Source: Eledone cirrhosa (taxonomy: Eukaryota). From it: DNA of 64,000 bases. This document shows, in pieces, positions 36,101 through 47,489 of the stretch. Location: contig OZ024742.1 of the NCBI GenBank assembly GCA_964016885.1, positions 25,544,001 to 25,608,000 on the forward strand. The letters run 5' to 3'. Position numbers and translations under genes: made by a program. How positions within the stretch are numbered: the stretch's first letter is position 1; the number at the start of each line of letters is the position of its first letter. Below the pieces are notes generated by a model, which ran no database searches, was not told where the DNA came from, and was given only the letters and a program-made list of their open reading frames with translations.

Positions 36101-36790
36101 TGAACCCCGTCCCTTGAGATTTGAGGATTCATCATCATTCGATGCCTTTTTAGGTGCATTATGATCAGAAACAGGACCCGGGAAAGCAGGGGCTGGACCT
36201 ATATCAACAGGTATACTATATAGTGTGGTTCCCTGAAGAACAAGAACCCTGGTGCAGTTAGTTGCGAAATCCATCATCTTTTCAAATAGCTAATAATGTG
36301 TGTGGGCGCCACTATTACACACATGTGAAAGAATTTGACAGCCAAGTCTTGAAGAAGGTGCTTTCTCCTCCGTGTGGTGGGTTACCCGGCGCCAGATACC
36401 AACCTGGCATTTATACCCTCGCCCTAATTGTTCGTGTTGCAAGCACTAGAGTAGTCGCTAACCAAAGCTACGGACCCACTCTATCCGTCTGGAGATACGT
36501 TGTACTAGCTTACCAGCATACTAGGAAGTTGACTTTTCCGGCACTGCAGCGCCTTTCGGCAGGCCGTGCTGGTTTTGGATGGCCATTGACTCCAAGAGCT
36601 CTTAAGAGCTCCCAGGAGTTCCTTTACCCTTTGATAGGTTTTATTTTTAGTCCTGCAGGATGTCCAAAGTCACCCTCCTCACCAAGAAACCTTGGTGGGG
36701 TTGCCAGTTTAGTCGCCAACGACCCGACCATGAGACAGGTTGTACTGGGATACATGTTACCAGTAGCACCAACTGGTGACCTGACAATAG
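33147..36790 (-). mobile_element. Near full-length RTE-group LINE (APE + RT), disrupted by frameshifts/stops, with a short TGA-rich 3' tail
   Basis: IDILAVQEH, CVYSP, GDLNAQLG, VDYL (APE); GPDNIP, NYRGISL, QNGFRRGRST, FVDFSKAFDS, GILQGDTLAPYLF, FADD, YKYLGS (RT); FAGHCHR. Confidence 0.92.
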
Positions 36791-36984
36791 GTCAGATAGA
36801 ATTAAAGTGTTAGATATTTAGAGAGAGAGAGAGAGCGGGGGGGAGAGGGAGTGAGAGAGAGAGAGAGAGAAAGAGAGAGAGACGTCCCACAAAAGTATCA
36901 GTTGAAGTTTTAACAATATTACGTTATCTTTTATAAAGTTATTTTAGTCTTTGATTTTACAGAACAAAGAAAAAAGGATACTAT

Positions 36985-37215
36985 TTGAAATTAATCTGCG
37001 CTCCAGTTTTTATCCATATACTACTTACAGACTGTACTAACAGAGCTAAACACTTCAGAAGCAATGTTATGCGGTATATTGCTGCGTTTCAGATGATGTC
37101 CTTTGGAGCTGAAAAAGATCATACTGACTATGGTTATAACACATTTAAAATCCAAGGCCAAAGCTATCATTTAAACGGCGGTTTACTCCCCCAGCTTAAT
37201 AAGGAAGTTTTATGA
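36985..37215 (+). pseudogene. Helitron Rep/helicase N-terminal fragment
   Basis: AKHFRSNVMRYIAAFQMMSFGA...TFKIQGQSYHLNGGLLP matches the conserved HF..NIR.YN..FQMTSFG...FKIQGQVYH..GSLLP block of RepHel proteins. Confidence 0.8.
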
Positions 37216-37285
37216 TTGGTTTTTTATGTCTCTCTCACACACACACACATTACGGTCTCACCTCATAGCAGACAATACATCCATA

Positions 37286-37660
37286 CAAATATACCATACA
37301 TACATTCATGTATATATTGCTATATCAGAGCACCAATCCTAATACCTAATTTTTGCTGGACCGGCAATCGCTCTGTATAATAAGTTCCTGATTATGACTG
37401 GAATTCTATAAGAATCCAGCTTCTATAATTTTCGGCGGAAGCAGGGGAGTGCGTGGCTCTGATGGACGCCAACCAGCGTGAAACCGACTGTCAGCTTCTC
37501 TCACTTCTTTCGCCGAAAAGAAGTAAGTGACATAGTCACTACTTTAAAACTGATAGCGTATGGTCTTCTAAATGTTTTTAATTAAACATACGGTATATTG
37601 CCAAATATACCATACATATATTCATGTATACATCGCTATTTCAGAACACCAGTCCTAATA
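37286..37660 (+). mobile_element. Retrozyme-like element: 316-bp monomer with a 59-bp terminal direct repeat and one HHR-like motif
   Basis: 37286-37344 resembles 37602-37660; HHR-like motif at 37455-37496. Confidence 0.6.
37455..37496 (+). ncRNA. Hammerhead-like motif (CUGAUGG core variant)
   Basis: GGCT-CTGATGG-acgc caacca gcgt-GAAA-ccgactg-TC-AGCT, enclosed by TTTTCGGCGGAAG / CTTTCGCCGAAAA. Confidence 0.6.
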
Positions 37661-37859
37661 TATATATATATATACACACACAAACATTCATACCCATTCA
37701 TAGACTCTAACGTACACGCACGCATACACATATACCTATATAGAGATACTAATTGCTATATATAGAGTAATACATTGATTATCGTTCTTATTACGTTTCT
37801 AAATATGCAGCGCTAAACGAACTAGCGAGATACGTGGCCATTATAGTATACCATAGATA

Positions 37860-38232
37860 TCGGCTGAGCGTCGGCCAATGTATTTTGCGGCATAGACTTA
37901 CGTTCAGATTTCAAATCCTGCCGATGTAGTCTTTGCTTTTCATCCTTCGGGGTCGATGAAATAAAGTGCCACTAATGCGCTGGGGTCAATATAATCGACT
38001 CTCCCCTCTCCAAAAATTGTTGGCTTTGTGCCTCAATCAGAAACCATGGATTGGCAGTATCGGTAGAGATTCGGACACCATGCTATGCAGCAAAGATTTA
38101 CGGCCCATTATGGTCTGAGTTCAAATCCCGTCGAGGTTAGCTTTGCCTTTCATCCTTACAGGGTCGATAAAATAATGTACCAGTAATACACTGAGATAAT
38201 TACTGGCATTATGCCAAAAGTAGAAACAATTA
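37860..38232 (+). mobile_element. Two tandem SINE copies
   Basis: A/B boxes and the body ttttcatcctt(ac)..ggtcgat.aaat. Confidence 0.85.
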
Positions 38233-38983
38233 TATTATAGCATAAATAGATTTACCAGAGAAATAGGCTATTTTAACATTGATATAAATGTGAAAGGATT
38301 TTGACGTTTAAATGCGATTGTTGAAAATCTCTGTCGCTCCTTCCAAGTCATTCTGGATTCTAAATAATTTCACATGATGTGATATCACACTTTGTGAACG
38401 CAACATGACGGCAAGAAAACATCTATTTTTCAGATTATCTTGGTGACCGTTGACAATGGAATCGTCATGGCAGAAGTTATTATTTTGTTCAGCTTTTTCT
38501 AAACGTTGTATATCTACATATACATGACAATTGCCAGCTTCCATTTGCCCCGACGGCACTAAGAGTTATACAAGTAGTGTGATAGAATTTTCTGGACCTT
38601 AAAATAAATCACATCGCCTAAAGTTACTGCCCTTATTGAACTTATAGTGTGTAGAGAGTTATTTGACCCACAATTCTGGAGTAGGCAGGAACATGCATGA
38701 TTGAGAATTATAGGCTCTGTTATTCTAACATGTAACTACTGTAATAATGTTGTTATATCTATTTAAAATTTTACATCCTTTCAAAAGGAGAGCTATACCG
38801 TATCAGTGTCAGATGCTGTAAAACTCGTGGTACTACATTCGTTCTTAATCTCTGTCTGTATATATATATGTATATATATATATATTTATATACGTCTCTC
38901 TCCCTCTCTACCCCCCTCCTCTCTCTCTCTCCCTCTCTATCTCTATTATATATATATATATATATGTGTGTGTGTTTGTTTAC

Positions 38984-39014
<31 letters not shown>

Positions 39015-39570
39015 ATACAAGCAGAGCTATTGCCTCCAACCATCTTTATAAAATTTGCATAAAATTTCGGAGATGTCTGAACGAAGAGGGACAAAAACTT
39101 TAAAAATAAAAATATAACTTAAACTAAAGATATATGGAGAGAAATGCAAAAATAAAAACTTCTTTAAAACCCCCCCAAAATATCAGAGTACAATAAATGG
39201 TTCTTTGTTGACACGATAGCATATTTTATGGAATACTATGAGCAATTAGAAACCGAGCATGAATTAAAAAATATCATGTACGATGTAACAATAAGTTAGT
39301 ATGAATAAGCACAATTTAACCATTTTTAGTATTGTATGGAAAGAGTTTCAACAGCAATTTACCAAGAATGTGATATTCTGGTTTTAGATGGTTATTTTAA
39401 AGTTTTTTTTTCAGTTCTTTTCTTTTCTTGTTTCGGTCTTTTAAGATTTTTTTCTCTCTAAATATAAAATTTTTACTTTGTATAAAATTAACACTCGTGA
39501 ATAAAAGATAAATATAAACAAACTAAACGTGAAAACAAAACGAATGATACATACACACACGTACATATAG

Positions 39571-39610
<40 letters not shown>

Positions 39611-39683
39611 ATGTGTGTATGTATATATATATATATATATGTATGTATTTATAACACACACGCGCACACACACATACACTCAC

Positions 39684-39715
<32 letters not shown>

Positions 39716-39865
39716 GAATACATGTATATGCATGCATACATATGGGTATAATTTTATCCATATATGTGTATATATATATATATATATATACGTACATATA
39801 TGGATAGAATTATACACATATGTATGCATGCATATACCTGTATTCATATATATAAATGTATGTAA

Positions 39866-39896
<31 letters not shown>

Positions 39897-40140
39897 TGAA
39901 TGAGTGTGTGTACGTGTGTGTTATAAATTATAAGTTTCAGGCTGTTTGTTTTTTCATAATTTCTTTAAAATAGAAAACAGATATATCATACGTTCTCTCA
40001 TAATATGAAATAATACCAACTCTTTGAAATACTGGTTATGATGATGTCTGAAGGAGGAGAGGAAGGAAGAGAAGACTAATGAGGAGCAGGAGGAGGGGGA
40101 CTGTGGAGGAGGAAGAGAAAACGATGAATCAGACTGGGGG

Positions 40141-40173
<33 letters not shown>

Positions 40174-40176
<3 letters not shown>

Positions 40177-43100
40177 TCTTTATTAACCACAAGGTTTTAC
40201 ATAAAGTAGACATTAAGGACAGTACAGGACAATACAGGACGGTACAAATGGGCATTTCTGCGTGTAAAAAAACAAAAAAACAGATGATGTAATAATAAAA
40301 CAATGAAAACATTCCCCAATAGGGGTGGGGGGGGGGAGACTTCTGAGGGCCATCATGGAGAAAGCCCATTAAAAAACCACAGTGACCCTGACCACCAGGG
40401 CAAGTGCCCTCTCGCAGTTTTCTACATTTAATTTACAGACACATACTCAGAGTAGGCCCATTCACTCGGGCCATTCTTGCCTCTCTCACATATCTTTCAA
40501 CAAAATGCTGGGAAGAGAGCACTTCCCTCTCTACTCTGATTTTCCTTTTCAAATGAAATTTGAAAATGTTAATCAGGGCATCACCGAAGAAGTAAGTGCT
40601 AGTCTTCAGCCCTTTCAAACGAGTCCACCATACTATATATTTCGCCATGGCCACAAGACAGATGAAAACTGCCTGCCCTTCCCGGCTAAAGGAAGAGGGC
40701 GGCGAAATCCTCACGATGGACTCAGCTGATAGCTGGATCCGTCCTACACGCGACAGCAAGTGTTCGACATAAACCCACAAGTCAGCAATTTTCGGACATT
40801 GGACGAGTGCGTGCAGGACGGTTCGTCGCCCTGCGCGCATCTCGGACATGCCTGGTGATGGCACCTCCATGCCTGTAGCGTTTATCCCAAACTGGCAAAG
40901 TTCCTCGGTAGCACTGCCAGGCCAGGGATTTCTGGAAGTTGTCCATAGGCCCCGGCCCGAAAGTTCTTCCGAAGAGATTGGCTAGTTGATTTTCGTCGAC
41001 GCCTGGAGTTTCCCCAAGTACGTCGTCGCTCTTCCCCTCCACTAATCCTCTATAGAACGCTGAGGTGGAGTTTCCACCGATCACATTGCCCGATTGGTCG
41101 AGGGCTGTGAGCGCCTGAAGACATTCCAGTCTCCAAGCGCTCCCTCTCGGTCTTCGCTTGACCCAGGACTGCAGCACCGTCAAGGAGACGAGCTGGGGAA
41201 AGACGCGTCTAGCAAACGGCGACCACACCTGATCACCGCCGAGGAAGAGGTGGAGATGTCGTAGCATGAGCGCGGGTCTTCGCATCATCAGTCACAGCAT
41301 GCCCAGCCCCGCACGTAGCAGGTGTTGACAGCAGATGGATCGCCTGACCATCGGAGCGCATCCCTTCCACAAAAAGCGAAAGAGCAAACGCTCCAGCGCA
41401 GTCAGGATACGCTTAGGACAAGGTACAACGGTCAGGCGGTAGTAGATGACGGACGCGATGTACGCGTTAGCCACCTACGCTCAACCTTTGAGGGATAGCT
41501 TCCTCTCCGCCCAGCGAAGTGTCGCTGAAAAGCTTCACATATTTTCCCGGGATCAAGTAGCATGCGCCCGTCGTGGTCCACCAAAGACCGGATCGTGGCT
41601 TTGTTGCCACGACGTGCCTCCGCCACTCGGGCCCATTGAACGGCTTTAGTCCCCTCGTGTCTGAGAGCACGCACCCTAGCTCTGACAACGCAGCCTTCGT
41701 GCTTTGCTTTGAAGAATTGGTCAATGGCCAATTTCGCCGCAAGTACGTCGGTCGTGATGCCTTTGCTAAGGGCCTCGTCTAATTTTCTAACTACTTCTCC
41801 CTCTGCTCTATTTTTCTCTATAGCTAAAGCTTTACTAAACCTAATGGACTCTATTCTAATCGCTCTTTTCAGAGCAAACTACCACTTGTTGTTGACGATG
41901 GCCCCCGTCAACGCTTAACTAGTTCGCTAATCCGGTCTCTGTAGGTCTTGCGCGCTGGTAAGGACGCGTTTAGCTTCCAGTAGCCGGGTCCTCGTCTATG
42001 AAGCCTATCTAAGTAAAGCACACAGATCACGAATTTGTGGTCCGCGTAGCTGACTATCCTGAATTGTGGACAGCTTATGCTAGACCTATCTATTTCCCTA
42101 CAAAATACTCTATCTAGATATGATCTGGATGACCCGATACGATTTGTCCAAGTCCACATTGACACATTCGGGAAATCCAATCGGTACCTGTTAGACAGTT
42201 CAAAACGCCTGAGCAGGTTGGTGAGGCTCTTGCACTATCCTCTCCTATCCGCTAATCCCACACAGTCACAGCGTGCATCTAAGATCCCGTTCCAGTCGCC
42301 CACTAACACTAAAGAGCGGGACGTTCCTAGAGAGGTCGGAAGAAATCAGGACGCCGGAAGAAATCAGGCCGCCTTGCTCCTGTCGGGGCATAGACGGCCA
42401 CTAGCATGAAAGCTTGCCCTTCTCCGCTGGTCACGTCCAGCACCACCAACTTACCTTCTGGGTCCAGGAAGATGGCCCGTATGGCGAGATCCAAACCTCT
42501 CCGAAAAACACAGCAACTCGTCCCCCGATCCAGGACGGCTGGGTGATGCGTACACATCGTAGCCGCCGAAGATCGGTGCGAAGGCCCGTGCTTCGGAGAT
42601 TCTGGTCTGGCTGATGGCCACTACATCTATGTTTAGCAACCTGAGGTCGTTGAGCAGGTGGCCCTGCTTCCATGACGACCCCAAGCCACGCGCATTTATG
42701 CTTCCTATTCTGAGTGAGGTCATGTTGAAATGGAGTGGAAAAGATGGGAAAGACCACTTACCTTACTTCTCGTAGAGGAAGGTTGGTTTCTCCATCCTTT
42801 TCACTGCTTGTGGCCTCCTCCGGAAGGATATCCTTATAAATCCTCTTGGAGAATGCTTGTCGGAAGTCTCCGATGTCTTTGGTGAATTTTTGTTTTAGTG
42901 TCGTGTACGTTTTCTGTGTGATGCGTGTGATTTGTATGTGTGGAGGTGGTGTGAACATTTGGGTTGTTGTGTAGTCTTTTTCTGTGATGCTGGTGTTGTG
43001 TTGGATGTAGTGTAATAATTGGTTGTTGTTCAAATTTAATGCTGTATAGTGTGTATCGTTTTGGTTGTTTTGTTTTGTTTGCGTTTGTTGTGGGTTTGTA

Positions 43101-43600
43101 TCTGTTTCGCTTTTTGGTGACCTTTGTGGTGTTGGTGATGGTGGTGTTGGGGTTAATGATGGTGATGGTGTTGGTGTTTGTGGTGATGGGTTTGGTGATG
43201 CTGGTGTGGATGGTGGCATAGCTGTCCTAACTTTTTTGTATGATAGTTTATTTGTTTCCCTCTGTATTTTGTTTTTGGAGGGGGAAGGATGGGATTTTTT
43301 TCTTTTTTGGTTTCTTTTTCTTTTTTTCTGATACCGTTCCCCACTCCTCGTCGTCACAATCTGTCTCCAGTTGCGATAGGTCGGGGAGTGGAAAATCCTC
43401 CACAGGCGTTGGTTTTGGTTGTGGCGTGGTGGATGGTGTAGGCGCTGGTGCTAGTTCTGGCGCGTTGGGTGGCAGTGGTGTTGGTTTTGCTACTGTTGCT
43501 GGGGTTGTTGCTGTTACAGTTGCTTCTGTTGTTGCTGCTACAATTGTTGCTGCCATTTCTGACCCTGTACCCATCTTTCTTTACCATTCTTTTGGCTTCT
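40174..43600 (-). mobile_element. L1/Tx1-like LINE, degenerate: ORF1 remnant (42758-43574) and ORF2 (APE, RT core deleted, C-terminal domain), ending in AATAAA + (ATT)n
   Basis: LRIGSINARGL, VAVYAPTG, WTWTN..SRSYLDR, DH, GPGYWKLNASL; then RKLSLKG..VANAYIASVIYYRL, FLWKG, GLGM, AWQCYRGTLPV, TVLHALVQCP. Confidence 0.88.
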
Positions 43601-44223
43601 TCTAATTCCTCTTGAGTTACCTAGATTGCTTCGCAATTTTTTGCTACTCTGGCAAAAGACAGGGTGGTTTTCTTATTCTCATTGTTGTTGTTGCTGTTGT
43701 TGTTATCGTTATTTATGTTATTGTTAATCTTAGTTTCAGTTGTGGTGGCGTCAGTGGTGTTCGGTGTGGAAGAGTTCACGACATAATTTTTTTTTTTTTT
43801 TCTGTTGTCGCTGTGGTGGTGGTGGTGGAGGTGGCGGCTTCAACACCTGCAGTCATTGGTAATGGCGGGAAAGGAATGTGTGCATGAGACACATTTAAAA
43901 TATTGCTACTTGCCTATATTTTTAGTGTTGGCAAACGTAGTAATATTTACAATGATGGTGTCGGTGTGAGGTCTTAGTTTGTGAGGAAGCTGTGACTCTC
44001 AGTCGTCCATGATTTTTTTCAAAGAAAAATTTTTGTTTGATAATTATAATAGTTAAAATTTTGGGCTCAAGGCCCCAATCTTTTTGAGTGTCCTTTTCAG
44101 AAAACAATGTATGTTCACTTATATACAGTTAATAACATTTTTCCATAAATGGCAATTTTAAACAACTGAAAATAACAAACCTTTGCGGAGCTCACGATAA
44201 TACCATTTACTAGGTAGGTCGCC

Positions 44224-44273
<50 letters not shown>

Positions 44274-44277
<4 letters not shown>

Positions 44278-46878
44278 TAAAAATTGGTAAGTCAACAATA
44301 ACTGCTAAATCAATACCACCCAAGGAGGAAGTGCAAGAATTCTGGGAAAAGATCTGGGCCGAAGAAAAAGTTCATAACATACATGCCCCATGGATAGACA
44401 GACAAATGAAAGAAACAGCTCACCTTGAAGAACAAACATGGGAAAATATAACAGTTGAACAGCTGCGCTTGGCTCTAAGAAAAACCAGCAAATGGAAATC
44501 CCCAGGAAAAGACAAAATACAAAACTTTTGGATAAATGCCTTCACAGAGTCTCATGAGCTATTAGCCCAACTTTACAATGAAATAGTTAAGGAGCCAGAA
44601 AAGATACCATCATGGCTAGTTAACGGCATTACATTCCTGCTACCGAAGAATGATGAGACAAACAATCCCCAAAATTACAGACCGATAACCTGCTTGACCA
44701 CAATGTATAACATTTTAACATCAGTCCTAACTGAATACACATATGACCACCTGATAACAAATGACCTATTTCCCATTGAGCAGAAAGGGTGTAAACGAGG
44801 CTCATATGGCTGTAAGGATCAGCTTCTGGTTAACAAAATGATACTGGAAGATTGTCATAATAGACACAAAAATCTATCGATTGCTTGGATAGATTATAAA
44901 AAAGCATTCGATAGTTTGCCACACAGTTGGATTGAAAAATGTTTAGAGATTTTCAAAATATCCCCCGTTGTCAGGAGGTTTTTGTCATTCAGTATGAAGA
45001 CATGGAAAACGACACTCCTTTTGAATAGTGAAACAAAATCACTGGAAGCTGGAGAAGTTAACATTAATTGTGGAATTTTTCAGGGTGACTCTTTATCACC
45101 GCTTTTATTCTGCATCGCACTTATACCATTAAGTAAAATGCTCAATGAAACAAAGCATGGATATAGAGTCTATGACAAAAGCATTAATCACCTGTTCTAC
45201 ATGGATGACCTGAAACTATTTGCAAAAAATGATGAACAATTGCAAGGGCTATTGTCCACTGTGAAGCAGTTCAGTGATGACATTAAAATGGAGTTTGGAC
45301 TGTATAAATACGCCAAAGCAACGTTCACCAGAGGAAAGCTGCTGAAGAGTTCAGACATTAATCTTGATCGGGGGAACGTGATAAGAGAGCTTGATCAAGA
45401 AAAAACTTACAAATATCTAGGTGTTGGTGAAGGAGACGGAATCAAGCACTCGACAATGAGGGAAAGGATAAGGAAGGAATGTTACCGCAGAGTCAGAGCA
45501 ATCTTAAGAACGGAATTGAATGCAAGGAATAGGATCGATGCCATAAACACGCTTGCCATACCAGTAGTAACCTACAGTTACAATGTCATCAACTGGTCAA
45601 GCACAGAGATCCGTAGGCTCGATACAAAAATCCGAAAATTCTTAACCATGCACAGAATGCATCACCCTAAGGCAGACATAGATAGAATATATCTCCCTAG
45701 GAAAGAAGGAGGACGTGGGTTAATCCAGTTAGACATTGCGTTGAAAACTGCAACAATTGGATTATCCACATATCTAAGGGAATCATATGATTGGATGATC
45801 AAACTCGTTTTGAAACACGAAAGCACCAAAAGATCATATTCCATTACAAAAGATACAGTAATGGACTACAAATTTCAGAAGTCCCATTTACTGCTGAAAT
45901 GGAAAACACAGAAAAAGCAAAGCAGGTAAAAGTAACTGCAAAGAAAGAACTGCTACAGAAACTGGCTAAGAAATGGCAAGAAAAGCCTCTGTATGGAAAA
46001 TACCCAGAGCGAGCTAATAATCCTGATGTTGACAAAACTTTAACCCATCAGTGGTTGGCATCCTCTGGACTGAAATCGGAGACTGAAGGACTGATTATAT
46101 CGGCACAAGATCAGTGTCTGCCAACAAAAAATTACCAAGCCAACATAATAAAAAATGGGTGCAGCCCATTATGCCGTGTATGCAAAAAACAACCAGAGAC
46201 CATTGACCATATAATTTCAATGTGCAGTCCTATAGCTCCAACCGAATACCTAAACAGGCATGACAGAGCTGCACAATACATACATTGGATAATGTGTAAG
46301 CATTTTGACCTGCCCCATCAAAAGAATTGGTGGGAGCATCAACCACCTCCCATACTTGAAAAAGATCACATCTCAATCTTGTGGAACTTTAGCATCCAAA
46401 CAGACCGAAACATAGATGCAAATAGACCTGATATAATATTGAAGGACTTTCAAAGGAGGGTATGCCTGCTAATTGATATGTCTGTTCCAATAGACAAGAA
46501 TGTATCTATAAAAACATTTGAAAAATTGAGCAAGTATAAGGACCTGGAGATAGAAATTGGAAAAATGTGGAAATTGAGAACTAAAACAATACCAGTGGTT
46601 GTAGGCGCTCTGGGAATGATACCTAAGGGGTCTAACGACTACTTATCGCAAATCCCAGGAAACCCGCGTATAGGAGAAATACAAAAGATAGTACTAATGG
46701 GAACTGCCCATATACTAAGGAAGATCCTGTCAATATTAGTACATCACAAGTCTAAACACTAAGGATGCATGTGTGAATATGTATGTTCTTTCTTGAACAT
46801 GGCGGACCTTGTTGTCTCTTGAGGTCACTGGTTGTGACTTGGTGATAACTCGTATAAACATAAAGCAAGATAAATGCA
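44274..46878 (+). mobile_element. R4/Dong-like LINE (RT + CCHC + restriction-like endonuclease), 5'-truncated, one frameshift near 45856, inserted in (TAA)n
   Basis: KSPGKD, NYRPITCL, EQKGC, WIDYKKAFDS, GIFQGDSLSPLLF, FYMDDLKL, YKYLG, GGRGL; CRVC..PETIDHIISMC, RHD, RPDII, KY.DL; (TAA)n at 44224-44273 and 46879-46915. Confidence 0.95.
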
Positions 46879-46916
<38 letters not shown>

Positions 46917-47489
46917 GGGAAGATAAGGTGGATAGGGTATTATGGAATCAATCCCGTAAATTTTTGATTTTTTACATATTTAAAACAATTGTGATAGAAT
47001 AATTCTTATTACAAATGAAACGTAAGATATCAGTCTTTACTCTCTCAGTAAGTGGCAACGCATCAGATTGCGGCATATGTAATATTTAATGTAATATTTA
47101 ATTTATGTAATATTTAATTTAATATTTAATTTTGGTACCAGAAATTTTATAGTCAGAAAAGAAAATGACTAGTAAATAACAGCCAAATAACTTCACCACC
47201 AGCACCACCACCACCGCCGCCGTCACCATCACCATCACCACTACCACAAACAATTAAGCCAAATACAGACCAGCACCATCCCTATGGCGCTGCTGTCCCA
47301 ATACCACCGCCGCCGCTGCATCGTCGCTGCCGCCACTGTTCCCTCACTGCTTGAGAGTGGGGTGGTGATGCCGCTATGCATGAAGGGAAGCGAGCAAGGT
47401 ATCAAAAGATATAAATAGACTGGGTTAGTGACTTGGTCAAACAGCTAACAACAACAACAACAACACCACCAAAATAATTATGTTGTAGT

